Below, one piece after another: positions 50,525-61,014 of a stretch of DNA of 64,000 nucleotides (position 1 is the first letter of the stretch; every line of letters starts with the position of its first letter). A program made the position numbers and the translations under genes. The DNA lies in contig CAWHAE010000010.1 in NCBI GenBank assembly GCA_963827235.1, forward strand, positions 96,001 to 160,000, written 5' to 3'. The notes beneath the pieces were generated by a model. It worked only from the letters and a program-made list of their open reading frames with translations, was not told where the DNA came from and ran no database searches. The DNA is from an uncultured bacterium (lineage in GTDB: Bacteria > Chloroflexota > UBA5177 > JANWHV01).

Positions 50525-51281
50525 TGCTCGCCTTACCTCTCCATCAACAAGCCAGGTCGTGGACTCGGCCGCTCGAATCGATAGTCAGACGTCATGCTAC
50601 GCGCCGACATGTCTGCCGACGAGAAAGCTGGGCAGGAATGCCGCCAGCCCTGTGCGGTGTGGTCGCGCAGGGAAGGTGGCCCTACCCACAGCGCCGGCGT
50701 CGAACGGGTATGGACTGGTGAAGGTGCACAGAGCCGGCGCGGCATCGTCCGGTACGGCTGGACGGTCGACGAACCGCGCGTCGACCATCGTGGTCATCAG
50801 CGCCGGCAACCATTCGAGGGCTGAGGAGATGTCTTTCCGAGGCATGAAGGTCTTCCCTTCTACATTGCCTTGAGGGACGATCTGCAACGTGCGCTCGCGT
50901 TCTCGTGGATTCCAGTCTGTGCTCGGCCGCGCCACCTCACCACGTAGACCCGCCGTCGTGGTCGCAGGTGTTTGGCGCTGCGGGCCAGGTTTGCGGGTTG
51001 CGCCTATCCGGGCAGATAGCGGGCCCCTGGTGCCATGAAACGCACTCGATGCGCGCCGGAACGAAGGGTGACGCCGCACCGAAGGCCAGGAGCCCATAGC
51101 GAGAGAGCGACGAACGAGCGTGTCGACGAACGTGCTTGTGGAGACGCTCATCATGCCAAAGCCATCGGCGTGGCGGTATCGACCGCAGCAGAGGAGGCCG
51201 CTGGATAGCCCCCGTGAAAAGCTGCGTACAGAAGACTCGTTCCGCACCGCAAGAGTTATCGCATGTAGAGTCTGAGACTGA

Positions 51282-51731
51282 TCAGCGCGTGGAGAATACA
51301 TGCTGTACGGACCGCGTCGGAGTGGGCGCGGGTGCCGGCACTGGCACAGAACGTCCAGGTATCGCAGCAGGAGTCAGTGCTGTGCTCGCCCGCGTGGTGA
51401 CCCGTATGGATTGTACGTCCGGTACCGTCGCCGTCCTAGTCCAAACCTGACTTTGCGCATACCGGCGCCAGTCGGCGCTGCTGGAATTGGGCGCCGGCGG
51501 AGGTAAGGGCCCTTGCCGTGTGTAGCTGCCGGTCCCCAGTGTCACGCTGCGTGGCGACCAAGCAGCGCCGACCAGTGCCGCGGAAACGACCAGCTCGAAG
51601 AGCACCAGCAAACTCACCAGCGCGTGCCGGGAAGCATACGGCCAACCCGGCCGCGGTAGCAGTCGCAACGCGCGCCGCAGGTCGCGTGGCTCACGAACAG
51701 TTTGGTACTGCAGGGAGTGTTGTGTGCTCAT
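51282..51731 (-). CDS. Hypothetical single-pass membrane protein
   Basis: AGGGGA RBS, one hydrophobic helix, Pro/Thr-rich tail. Confidence 0.4.
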   Translation of the reverse strand: MSTQHSLQYQTVREPRDLRRALRLLPRPGWPYASRHALVSLLVLFELVVSAALVGAAWSPRSVTLGTGSYTRQGPLPPPAPNSSSADWRRYAQSQVWTRTATVPDVQSIRVTTRASTALTPAAIPGRSVPVPAPAPTPTRSVQHVFSTR

Positions 51732-51984
51732 CGTGCTGTTCCCCTCGTCGCTCGCTCGACCACCACACCGTGTTCCGGTATGCATGTCGCACGCCCCCAA
51801 TGTCCGCAGTATGCGCCCCGCGTGCTGTCGTGCCCACGAACAGGCGACCGCACAGTAGGACGCACAGTTGCCTTCACCATACGGGTGAGAGTGCTACTCT
51901 GAGGTCAAGAGCGCGGCTATGCCTGCCTGGATCGTGCTGGGGGCGACAGGTTTCTGCCGCTTCGGCTAGCAGGGATAGACGCCT

Positions 51985-52980
51985 GTGGCGCCCGAAGCTG
52001 TCGCCTTCGCGGATGTGCTGCGCCGCCATCGCACCGCTGCGGGCCTGACGCGGGAGGAGCTTGCGGAACCTGCAGGACTGAGCCCGTGTGGACTGCTCTT
52101 TCTTGAGCGCGGCGGTCGGCACCTGTACCGATACACGGTGCGGCGCTTGGGGCAGGCCTGGGGCCTCACAGCGCCGCAGCTGGACTTGCTAGCTGCGGCG
52201 GCCCGCGCGGGCAGAATGCCGGCACTTGCGATGAACTCACTATCCGCGTCCGCACTCCGGCGACCTCGCAGCCGCCCGCTCCTGCCCTGACGAGGTACTA
52301 CCGTTGTTTGAGCGCCCAGGTATTCGCGATGGCGTGACGGCGATGATGATTGGTGCGTCGTACCTGTGGAGCGGCATGGCGGCCCTGCGGCTGGGAGACT
52401 TCACCCGTACCGGAGGACGGCGGACCTCACATACAGCCCGCAATCGACGCAGGCCGCCGGGGACCGGTTCTTCGCCAATCTGACACTCGATACCCTGGCG
52501 CTACTGGCGAAGGCTCACGGAGCCTTGACCGGCGCGCGTGCCTACCTCGGACAGGCGTTGACCGGCGCCGGAGCCCTGGGTGATCAGTATGGCCTTACTA
52601 TCGTCCTCTGCACCTTGGGGGACGTCGCACGGATGGCCGGCCAGTTGCGCGATGCGCAATCGTATTACGCTGAGGCGCTTCGTGGCGTGGTTCACATGGG
52701 ACATGTGCGAGTCTGCGAAGCGGTGCTGTGCGGCCTGGCAGAGCTGGCCATGACGCGCGGTTAAGCTATGTACGCATTGCGCCTAGCCGGCGCGAGCAGC
52801 GCGGTGGTGCGACGCCGGGCGCGGAAGCGCGTGAACGGATGGAGCGGGTCGAAAGCTCCGCACGCACAGCGCTCCTGCCCCATGAGCAGGTGCGGGCCTG
52901 GTCGGCAGGACAAACGACGCCGCCGCAGCACATCCTCGCCGACGAGCTGCGGGCGGCGGACGACGCGGCCTTCTGGCCAT
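51985..52980 (+). pseudogene. Internally deleted, frameshifted paralog of the XRE-NB-ARC-TPR regulator
   Basis: HTH part (FADVLRRHRTAAGLTREELAE) joined directly to the C-terminal part (IGASYLWSGMAALRLGD..ILADELRA); ATPase absent. Confidence 0.88.
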
Positions 52981-53281
52981 GATCATGGTTCCCCTGCAAC
53001 TTTCGAAGCGCACGCCGGCTATTGCGTCGCCACGGTGATACCGTACGTGACGACTCGCTGGCGTAGTCCGCGGTGGCGGGAGCGTGGCCCAACAGCACGC
53101 ACGACTATGTAGGCAACTGTGCGGGCAACTGTTCATGGGCAGCGCAGCCAGACCGGCGCATACTGCTGCTATGGCTGATGTGCGACGAGTACCCCACATC
53201 CCGCAAGTATCGGTGCGCACGTGAGAGCGGTACGAGCCACCTGGTTCTCCCTCTGACACAGCAACGTGAATGCAGGAGACG

Positions 53282-53770
53282 ATGATGACACAGAGCGGAT
53301 TGAAGCGACTGGCGGCTCTCATGTTACTCGGTCTCGGTGGGTTTGGCGCCTTCGCATCCGGTGGTGACGCGTCTGCCTGGCCCACGGTCGCCCCCGCGAG
53401 GTACGTCCTGCGTGGTACGGGCTTGTTCAGCAGGTCAGTGGCCTTGGCGAGCGTGATCCGCGTCTCGGGTGACCAGTTCCGCCTGTCGCTGAGCGCCGAG
53501 CACTTACCGCCGCCCGCAAGCCTGCATGCAAAGTTTGCGCGCCGCGCCTACGTTGCCTGGCTGGTGAATGGCGTGGTGATGCACGGTCCGATGCGCTTGG
53601 CTGCAGTAGGCCTGGCATCGAGCCGGGATTGCGGGAGCTATGCGGGCCAGGGCACTGTGCGCATCGGCGGGGTCACGTCGGTGATCATCACTGCCGAGCC
53701 TACCGCGCAGGCGGAGATGCCGATTCTGCCGGCACTGACTGTGTTGGCGAGTGCCAACCACCAGATGTGA
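53282..53770 (+). CDS. Exported protein, RskA C-terminal-like domain
   Basis: AGGAG RBS, signal peptide, HLPPP..YVAWLV..VIITAEP pattern. Confidence 0.55.
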   Translation: MMTQSGLKRLAALMLLGLGGFGAFASGGDASAWPTVAPARYVLRGTGLFSRSVALASVIRVSGDQFRLSLSAEHLPPPASLHAKFARRAYVAWLVNGVVMHGPMRLAAVGLASSRDCGSYAGQGTVRIGGVTSVIITAEPTAQAEMPILPALTVLASANHQM

Positions 53771-53913
53771 GGGCAGGAACGGAGAGCGCCAGGCCGCACA
53801 CCTGTCCGTCCTCTGACCTGGACTGGAGAGCGGGTATGCCAGAGATGGCGTATTCTCCGGCAGCCGGACTACGCGAGGCATTCGGTAATCAGCTACAGGA
53901 GGAGACGGCGTAG

Positions 53914-55473
53914 ATGACCGCATATGATTACATCGTCGTGGGCGCGGGCTCGGCGGGCGCTGCGCTGGCCGCGCGCTTGTCCGAGAACCCAACCCGGCAG
54001 GTGCTCGTGCTGGAGGCCGGCCCTGACTTTCGCTCCGCCGATGCGCCGGAGGAGATGCACAGGCTCAACCCGAGCGCTCTACTGCGCAACGAGGAACTTG
54101 CCGCTCGCTACCTGTACCCGGAGCTGCGCGCCCGGCGCACGGCCGTGCAGGAGTCCCTACCGTACTGGCGTGGGCGCGGCATGGGTGGCAGCTCGGCGAT
54201 CAACGCCCAGTTCGCGATTCGGGGCCTGCCCGAGGACTTCGACGCTTGGGCGGCACAGGGCTGCACGGGCTGGTCCGCCCAAGATGTGTTGCCGGCATTC
54301 ATCCGCCTGGAAGACGACCTCGACTATGGCGATGCCCCCTACCACGGGCGCGGCGGTCCTATCCCTGTCGTGCGGCCACGTCGCAAGACGTGGGGTGCGG
54401 CGGGCAATGCCCGTTGCGAGGCAGCGCTGGCAATGGGCTACGGCTGGGCGGACGACCATAACGCCCCCGGCACTACCGGCGTCTCGCCGTTCGCCATAAA
54501 CCGCCGCGCCGGGCGGCGTGTCTCCACCAACGACGGCTACCTGGAGCCGGCGCGCGACCGGCGAAACCTGCACATTCGCGGCAATGCCCTGGTCGACCGC
54601 GTGCTGTTCGCCGGCCGGTGCGCTCGCGGGGTACGTGTGCGCCTGGACGGGCTGTGGACCGAGGTGGAGGGCGGGGAGGTGATGCTCTGCGCCGGCGCCG
54701 TGCACTCGCCGGCCATCTTGCTGCGTTCCGGTGTGGGGCCGCCGGCGCCGCTGCGCGACCTGGCCATCCCCCTGGTCCAGGCGGCTCCCGTGGGCGAGAA
54801 CCTGATGGATCACGCCCTTATCGGAATGAGGCTGACCTTCCGGCCGGAAGCGCGCGCCACGGAGGTGGACATCCGGCACGATAATTGCATTGTGCGCTAC
54901 AGCTCCGGACTGGCCGGGGCTGGGCGCAACGACATGGTCATCCTCGGGACGAACCTGCTTGGGTACACCGAAGAAGGCCTGGCGTATGGATACCTGTTGG
55001 TCTCTCCTTTCCAGACGTTTTCACGCGGCAGTCTGCGGCTAGCCTCGCGGGACCCGGAGGTTGACCCGACGATCGAGCTGGGTATGCTGTCGGACGAGCG
55101 CGACTTGGTGCGCATGCGCGACGGCATGCGTCGCTTGCAGGACATGTTGCGGCACCCGGCCATGGCGGCCATAGCCGAGCACGCGGTGATCGACGCGGAG
55201 GGTCACACCCCGGCGGACATCGAAGAGCAGGCGCGGCTCGACGCGTGGATGCTGGCCATCTCTGGCGATGCACAACATCCCGTGGGCACCTGCCGCATGG
55301 GTGCGCCGGGCGACCCACGCTCGGTCGTAGACCCCGCTTGTAGCGTACTGGGCCTGGAGGGCCTGCGTGTCGTTGACGCGTCAATCATGCCCGAGGTGCC
55401 CCGGGCGAACACGCATCTCACCTGTGTGATGATTGGCGAGCACGTCGCGGCCCGCCTCCTGCAGAACCGATGA
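53914..55473 (+). CDS. GMC-family FAD oxidoreductase (choline dehydrogenase-like)
   Basis: DYIVVGAGSAG, RGRGMGGSSAIN, HPVGTCRMG, VVDASIMP..RANT. Confidence 0.93.
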   Translation: MTAYDYIVVGAGSAGAALAARLSENPTRQVLVLEAGPDFRSADAPEEMHRLNPSALLRNEELAARYLYPELRARRTAVQESLPYWRGRGMGGSSAINAQFAIRGLPEDFDAWAAQGCTGWSAQDVLPAFIRLEDDLDYGDAPYHGRGGPIPVVRPRRKTWGAAGNARCEAALAMGYGWADDHNAPGTTGVSPFAINRRAGRRVSTNDGYLEPARDRRNLHIRGNALVDRVLFAGRCARGVRVRLDGLWTEVEGGEVMLCAGAVHSPAILLRSGVGPPAPLRDLAIPLVQAAPVGENLMDHALIGMRLTFRPEARATEVDIRHDNCIVRYSSGLAGAGRNDMVILGTNLLGYTEEGLAYGYLLVSPFQTFSRGSLRLASRDPEVDPTIELGMLSDERDLVRMRDGMRRLQDMLRHPAMAAIAEHAVIDAEGHTPADIEEQARLDAWMLAISGDAQHPVGTCRMGAPGDPRSVVDPACSVLGLEGLRVVDASIMPEVPRANTHLTCVMIGEHVAARLLQNR

Positions 55474-55684
55474 TGCTGTGATGAGACACGAGCATGAACA
55501 GGCTGTGTGGCGAGAATGGTCGTATCACCCACCTAACTCCTGCTCTGCGGGCACGCTGAGAGCGACTGCGCGTCGCGATTTGATAGCTACGACGTGTTAG
55601 GCGCTGAGATTGTATCGTGGCTGGTAGCCCCCTTGCGAGGCTCAGCGAGTCGCTCTCGGGGACAGAAAGAGAAAGGAACCGTCC

Positions 55685-56014
55685 ATGGCACACTACCTGG
55701 TCCAACTCGCCTACACCCCGCAAGCCTGGGCAGCCCAGATCAAGAACCCCCAGGACCGGACCGCCGTTGTGCGCCCACTCTTCGACAAGCTGGGGGCACG
55801 CATCGTCACCTCGTACGTGGCCTTTGGCGAATACGACATCGTGCTCATCATGGAGGCGCCGGACAATATCAGTGCGGCGGCTATAGCCCTGGCGATTACG
55901 GCAGGTGGTGCGGTGAAGGCGTATGAGACCACGCCGCTGATGAGTCCAGAAGACGGGTTGGAGGCGATGCGCAAAGCCGCTGCAGCGGCCTCGGCGTACC
56001 CACCGCCGGCATAG
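55685..56014 (+). CDS. GYD-domain protein
   Basis: YT..AWAAQIKNP.DR, FGEYD, ETTPL. Confidence 0.85.
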   Translation: MAHYLVQLAYTPQAWAAQIKNPQDRTAVVRPLFDKLGARIVTSYVAFGEYDIVLIMEAPDNISAAAIALAITAGGAVKAYETTPLMSPEDGLEAMRKAAAAASAYPPPA

Positions 56015-56227
56015 CCGCTCGGCGCGCTTCTCTTCTTTCTTCTTGAAGCCTACCGCGCGGGCCCCCGGCAGCGGCGCTGCCACATGGCCGCACCGGGAGC
56101 GCCCGCCCGTGCCCGCGACGCCGCTCGACCACCGCTACCACACCCTGCGTCAGGACGTGCGGATCCTGTTTGCCGATCTCGGCCTGGCGTGATGAACAAC
56201 TATTTGCCGATATGAGGTAGCAAGCGC

Positions 56228-58816
56228 CTAGAACAAGACTGCAGCGTTTCCCACCGCGTGTAGCTCGTCGGCGAGCACGTCTTGCAGCGTCGCCAACTGG
56301 CCTGCGGTCCAGGCACGTGTCTGCTCGTGGGGCGGGAGCGCCCGGCGTGCGGCGCTCTCGACGCGCTCCAGGCGTTCGCTCGCACCTCCACTGGCCGTCG
56401 CGCCAGCCGTCCTGGCCACCGCACCGCTTGCGCTTGCGAGGCGCAGTGCCGACGCGGCATCGCCGCGCGCCATGGCCAGCTCTGCCAGACCACACAGCAC
56501 CAGATCGCAGACGCGCACGTGTCCAAGCTGCACCACGCCACGAAGGGCCTCCACGTAGTATGCTTTGGCTTCGCGCTCGTGGCCGGCTATTCGCGCCACG
56601 TCTCCGAGGGAGCAGAGAATGATAGTGAGGTTGAACTGATCACCCAGGGCCTCGGCACCCGTCAGGGCCTGTTCGAGGTAAGCGCGCGCGCCGGCCAGGT
56701 CACCGCGCGCCTGTGCCAGGCGGGCCAGTGCTTCCAGCGCCAGATTGGCGAAGAAGCGGTCGCCCACAGCCTGGGTCGCCGCCAAGCTGTATGCGAGCTC
56801 GTCGGCTGCGCCGGCAAGATCGCCCAGACGCAGAGCTGCCATGCCGCTCCACAGGTACGAGGCACCAATCATCGTCGCATTGAGGCCGTCCCGATCGCCT
56901 GCCTGCTCAAATAGAGGCAGCAGCTCGTCCCGGCAGGAGCGGACCGTCGCCAGGTCGCCCGAGCCCGGCCGCGGGTAACAGGCGCGAATGTAAGCCAGTA
57001 CATCGAGTCCGGCTGCCAGGTTCCAGGGATCGTCCAGCTCGCGAAAGATCGCCACGCATTCCTCGCCACGTACATGCGCCAGCGGCGTGTTGCCCGAGTT
57101 CCCGACCAGTGCAGACGCCGTAAAGAGCGCCCAAGCCCGCGCCGCAGTGCGCGCCGCTGCCGGCCCCGTCTGCAGTAGCTGCTCCAGCCACATCAGGCCC
57201 TCATGCATGCTGGCGCGGAGCAGCCAGAACTGGGAGAGGCGGCCGGCGATGTACAGGCCCCGCTCGCCCGCCTCCGCGTCGCCCGCCTGGCTTCGCTCCA
57301 CGCAGTAGGCGAGGGCCAGGCGCAGGTTGCCCAGCTCGCGCTCGAATCGGTCCAGCCAGACGAGCTGCCCAGCCCGCCAGAAGTGGGGCGTTGCCTCTTC
57401 GGCCAGATCCAGGAAGTAGCTCATGTGCCGGCAGCGCACGCGTTCTGTCTCCCCCGCGTCCGCCAGTCGTTCGCGACCATACTCACGAATGGTGTCCAGC
57501 ATCCCGTACCGCGCTTCTAGCTGCGGGTCGCCGCCGGGCACCGCGTCGATGCGGTGCACGAGATGCATGTCCACCAGCGTGCTCAACTCCTCCAGCGACG
57601 CCTCCTGCGGTGGCCCGCCGTCGGTCGAGCATACTGCTGTGGCTGCCGCCAACGTGAAGCCTTCTGCGAGCACGGCGAGTCGCCGGAACATCGCCTGGGC
57701 TGCCGGCGACAACAACCGGTAGCTCCACTCGATCGTGGTCCGCAGCGTCCGGTGCCGCGCCGGCACGTCGCGCGGTCCCGAGATCAGCACACGCAACGGT
57801 TGCGCCAGCTGAGCCGCCAGCGCCTCCGGTGGCAGTTCGCGCACGCGCGCTGCAGCCAATTCGATGGCCAGCGGCAGACCATCCAGCCGTACGCAAATTG
57901 CAGCGATTGCCGCCGCGTTCGCAGCGTTCAGCGTAAAGCCGCTCTCCATCGCCCGCGCACGCTGCACGAAGAGGCTCACGGCTGGTATATGCAACAGGCC
58001 ATCGGCTTCGGGCCGCCCGCTCAGGGTGGGCAGTGCCAGCGGCCTCACGTCGAACAGCCTCTCGCCGCGCACACGCAGTGCTGCTCGGCTGGTCACCAGC
58101 ACCCGCAGCCCTGGGCACGCCGAGCGCAGTCCAGCCACCTCTGCCGCCGCGTCCAGCACATGCTCGAAGTTGTCCAGGACCATCATCAGCCGCTTGTGCT
58201 GCAGGAAGGTTGTCAGTGTGGCGCTCAGCGGCTGGCCGCCACGGTCGCTGAGTTCCAGGGCTTGTGCGATGGTGAGCAGCACCAGGCTCGTGTCTGCCAG
58301 TGGCGCCAGCGAGACGAAGACCACGCCGTCGGCAAACTGCCTGCGTACCTGCGCGGCGACCTCCAATGCCAGGCGCGTCTTGCCAACCCCACCTGGTCCG
58401 GTCAAGGTCAGGATCTGCAGGTCGTCGTGCTGAAGCAGCGCTGTTGCCGCCGCCAGCTCTCGCTCACGCCCCAGCAAGCTGGTAGGCGGCGTGGGAAGCC
58501 GGTACGGCGAATCGTCCGGCATTTGCTGGGTGCTGTGCTGCTCGCCCGCGGCACTTTGCGATGACGTGGAGGTTGCCGGCGGTACGCGGCGCCAGCGGGC
58601 CGCCGCCGCCAGTACCTCCTGTTGCTGCGGCGTGAGGCGCAGGGCCTGTCCCAGACGTCGCACCGTGTCTCGGTAGGGCTGCCGGGCACCGCGTTCCAGA
58701 TACAGCACACCACGCGGGCTAAGTCCAGCGCGCTCGGCCAGCTCCTCCTGCGTCAGACCCAGGGCCGTGCGTCGGCCGCGCAGCAGATCCGCGAACGACG
58801 GGGATTCGGGATCCAC
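56228..58816 (-). CDS. XRE-HTH + NB-ARC/STAND ATPase + TPR-like regulator
   Basis: GLTQEELAERAGLS, LLGRERE, TGPGGVGKTRLA, LDNFEH, LDGLPLAIELAAAR; AAGGA then GTG at 58816. Confidence 0.92.
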   Translation of the reverse strand: MDPESPSFADLLRGRRTALGLTQEELAERAGLSPRGVLYLERGARQPYRDTVRRLGQALRLTPQQQEVLAAAARWRRVPPATSTSSQSAAGEQHSTQQMPDDSPYRLPTPPTSLLGRERELAAATALLQHDDLQILTLTGPGGVGKTRLALEVAAQVRRQFADGVVFVSLAPLADTSLVLLTIAQALELSDRGGQPLSATLTTFLQHKRLMMVLDNFEHVLDAAAEVAGLRSACPGLRVLVTSRAALRVRGERLFDVRPLALPTLSGRPEADGLLHIPAVSLFVQRARAMESGFTLNAANAAAIAAICVRLDGLPLAIELAAARVRELPPEALAAQLAQPLRVLISGPRDVPARHRTLRTTIEWSYRLLSPAAQAMFRRLAVLAEGFTLAAATAVCSTDGGPPQEASLEELSTLVDMHLVHRIDAVPGGDPQLEARYGMLDTIREYGRERLADAGETERVRCRHMSYFLDLAEEATPHFWRAGQLVWLDRFERELGNLRLALAYCVERSQAGDAEAGERGLYIAGRLSQFWLLRASMHEGLMWLEQLLQTGPAAARTAARAWALFTASALVGNSGNTPLAHVRGEECVAIFRELDDPWNLAAGLDVLAYIRACYPRPGSGDLATVRSCRDELLPLFEQAGDRDGLNATMIGASYLWSGMAALRLGDLAGAADELAYSLAATQAVGDRFFANLALEALARLAQARGDLAGARAYLEQALTGAEALGDQFNLTIILCSLGDVARIAGHEREAKAYYVEALRGVVQLGHVRVCDLVLCGLAELAMARGDAASALRLASASGAVARTAGATASGGASERLERVESAARRALPPHEQTRAWTAGQLATLQDVLADELHAVGNAAVLF

Positions 58817-59111
58817 ACCATCCTTCACTTCTAGTGCTCTGCTCCGCCGCCTTGGTTTGATATGTGCGACCCTGGGGTATGGGAAAAGCACCAAGCCGCC
58901 TGATTCATACACTACGCACTGCGGCGATGCCTTCCGCGCAGGACGGGTGCGAAGCGAACTTGAGCACAGCATAGCAGGTTCCACCGGAGCGGAACGAGGG
59001 GACGACAGCACGGCAGCGCGGCGCATGGAGTCGAGCAATGATCTCTTCGGTTGGCGACGACGATGGCCCGGTGGTCATGGCGCCTGCCCCTTCTCACGCC
59101 AGCCGCCGGGG

Positions 59112-59455
59112 ACGTGGCAGCCTCGCTGGTGAACGAGAACAAGGTTCTGGCCTATCCGGCCAGCGCGGACTCCATTCCGACATCGGCGGGGACAGAAGAT
59201 TTCAACAGCATGGGAGCCACCTCGGCATGGAAGGCTCGACGCGTGCTGCACAACGCCCTGCGCGTGGTGGCGATCGAGACGCTGTGCGCGGCGCAGGCGC
59301 TGGAGTGCCGCCGGCCTCTGTCGAGCGGCCAGCCGATCGAGGAGGCCGTGCGGCGCGTGCGAACGCTGGTGCCACGTCTGCAGGAAGACCGGTCGCTGGG
59401 GGCGGAGATCGAAACGCTGGCCGAGGCCATACGTGGCGGCCTGCTCGAGGTCTAG
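59112..59455 (+). pseudogene. 3' fragment of hutH (duplicated)
   Basis: VAASLVNENK..GGLLEV identical to the hutH C-terminus except H to R. Confidence 0.92.
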
Positions 59456-60132
59456 CTGCGGCCCGGGCTCAGGGAACCACCAGGGTCTTGAGATTGTCGC
59501 CGCTCTGCGCCGCCTCCATGGCGGCACCGAACTCCGCGAGCGGGAACTCGGCGCTTATCAACGGCTTTACGGTCACCGTGCCGTCCGCCAGGGCACGTAT
59601 CGCCCGGGGGTAGCAGTACGGTCCCAGGTGGCTGCCATGGATGTTCAGCTCGCGCTGGTCACCCACCAGGTTCCAGTCGATGGTCACCGGCTCGCCCATC
59701 ACGCTGAAGGCCACCACGGTGCCCAGGCGCCGGATCATGGCCAGGCCCTGCTGCGGGCCCCTGGCACTGCCCGTGGCTTCGATATAGACGTCGCAGCCGT
59801 AGCCCTCGGTGAGCCGGCGCACGCACGCAGGCGCGTCTTCTTCCAGCGGATTGATCACCACGTCCGCTCCCAGCTGGGAGGCCAGGTTCAGCCTGTACGG
59901 CTTGACATCGACGGCGATGAGCTGGCCCGGGTTGAATTGGCGGGCAGCCTGCAGCATGCACAGCCCGATGTTTCCGGCACCGGCAAGCACCACGGTGTCG
60001 CCGGGAGCGATCTCAGCGCGGTCCACGGCATGGATCGCGCAGGCCAGCGGCTCGATGTAGGCGGCCTCGCGCCGCTCGACGCGAGGGTCGATCTGGTGGA
60101 TCAGGGACCTGGTGGGCAGCAACATGTATTCG
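59112..60132 (+). repeat. Right copy of the 1,021-bp direct repeat
   Basis: Matches 47955-48975. Confidence 0.97.
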
Positions 60133-60536
60133 GCCATGCCGCCGTTGTACTGCCAGCCGTTGAAGCCGAAGATGTTGTGTACGTGGCACATCCAGTAGCG
60201 GCCACTCTTGCAGAAGCGGCAGGTGCCGCAGGGGATGATCTGCTCGGCGAGCACGTGATCGCCGATCTGGACGCCATGTATCTCGCCCGCCCCTTCACCC
60301 AGCTCGACCACATCGCCCGCGAACTCGTGTCCGGGTACCACGGGCACCTGGACGGCGCCGTTCGGCTGCCAGAACATCGGGGCGCCGGCGAAGCACTTCA
60401 TGTCGCTCGCGCAGATACCGGCCGCGTCGACCTTCAACAGCACCTCACCCGGCCCCGGCTTGGGCCGGGCGATCTCCTCGACGCGGTAGTCACGAGGCCC
60501 ATGACACACGACTGCCAGCATGCTCGGGTTTGCCAT
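59469..60536 (-). CDS. Zn-dependent polyol/alcohol dehydrogenase (MDR family; erythritol/threitol dehydrogenase-like)
   Basis: GICASD, GHEF, CGTCRFC..C, GAGNIG, HGSHLGPYCYP. Confidence 0.9.
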   Translation of the reverse strand: MANPSMLAVVCHGPRDYRVEEIARPKPGPGEVLLKVDAAGICASDMKCFAGAPMFWQPNGAVQVPVVPGHEFAGDVVELGEGAGEIHGVQIGDHVLAEQIIPCGTCRFCKSGRYWMCHVHNIFGFNGWQYNGGMAEYMLLPTRSLIHQIDPRVERREAAYIEPLACAIHAVDRAEIAPGDTVVLAGAGNIGLCMLQAARQFNPGQLIAVDVKPYRLNLASQLGADVVINPLEEDAPACVRRLTEGYGCDVYIEATGSARGPQQGLAMIRRLGTVVAFSVMGEPVTIDWNLVGDQRELNIHGSHLGPYCYPRAIRALADGTVTVKPLISAEFPLAEFGAAMEAAQSGDNLKTLVVP

Positions 60537-60723
60537 TCCTGTGAGCCCTTTCGCTTTTCAGCTCGCCGGCGGCACCAGGGGACTCCCGAGGAGCCGCGTG
60601 CCGCGTGCATGTCTGCAACTCCAGCATAGAGGGTGCGGGCATAGGCGAGGCTGCTATACTGACTGCGCGCGGGCTCGCTCGGGGACGGCGTGCCATGGGA
60701 GGCGACGCGCGCAAGGGGGATGC

Positions 60724-61002
60724 ATGGCCGACGCGCGCGCGGTGCTCACCGTGCTTGGCGTGGACCGGATAGGCATTGTAGCCGGCGTGACGAGCGTTCT
60801 GGCCGAGCTGCAGGTCAACATCGAGGATATACGCATGGCGCTGCTGGGCGACATGTTCACCATGATCGCCATGGTGAACGTCGGCGGCAGCGCGGCGAGC
60901 TTCGGCGACATCCAGGCCGCGCTGAACAGTACCGGGGCCGCGCTCGGCGTGCAGGTTCTGCTGCAACGCGAAGAGACTTTCCGCGTCATGCACCGGGTCT
61001 GA
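60724..61002 (+). CDS. ACT-domain protein (UPF0237-like)
   Basis: TVLGVDRIGIVA, NIEDI, FRVMHR. Confidence 0.88.
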   Translation: MADARAVLTVLGVDRIGIVAGVTSVLAELQVNIEDIRMALLGDMFTMIAMVNVGGSAASFGDIQAALNSTGAALGVQVLLQREETFRVMHRV

Positions 61003-61014
61003 CGGCGGGCAGTC

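Noticed and set aside
50560-51280. ORF 50597-51301 as a gene
   Set aside because: No RBS or recognisable motif; possibly a remnant but not supportable
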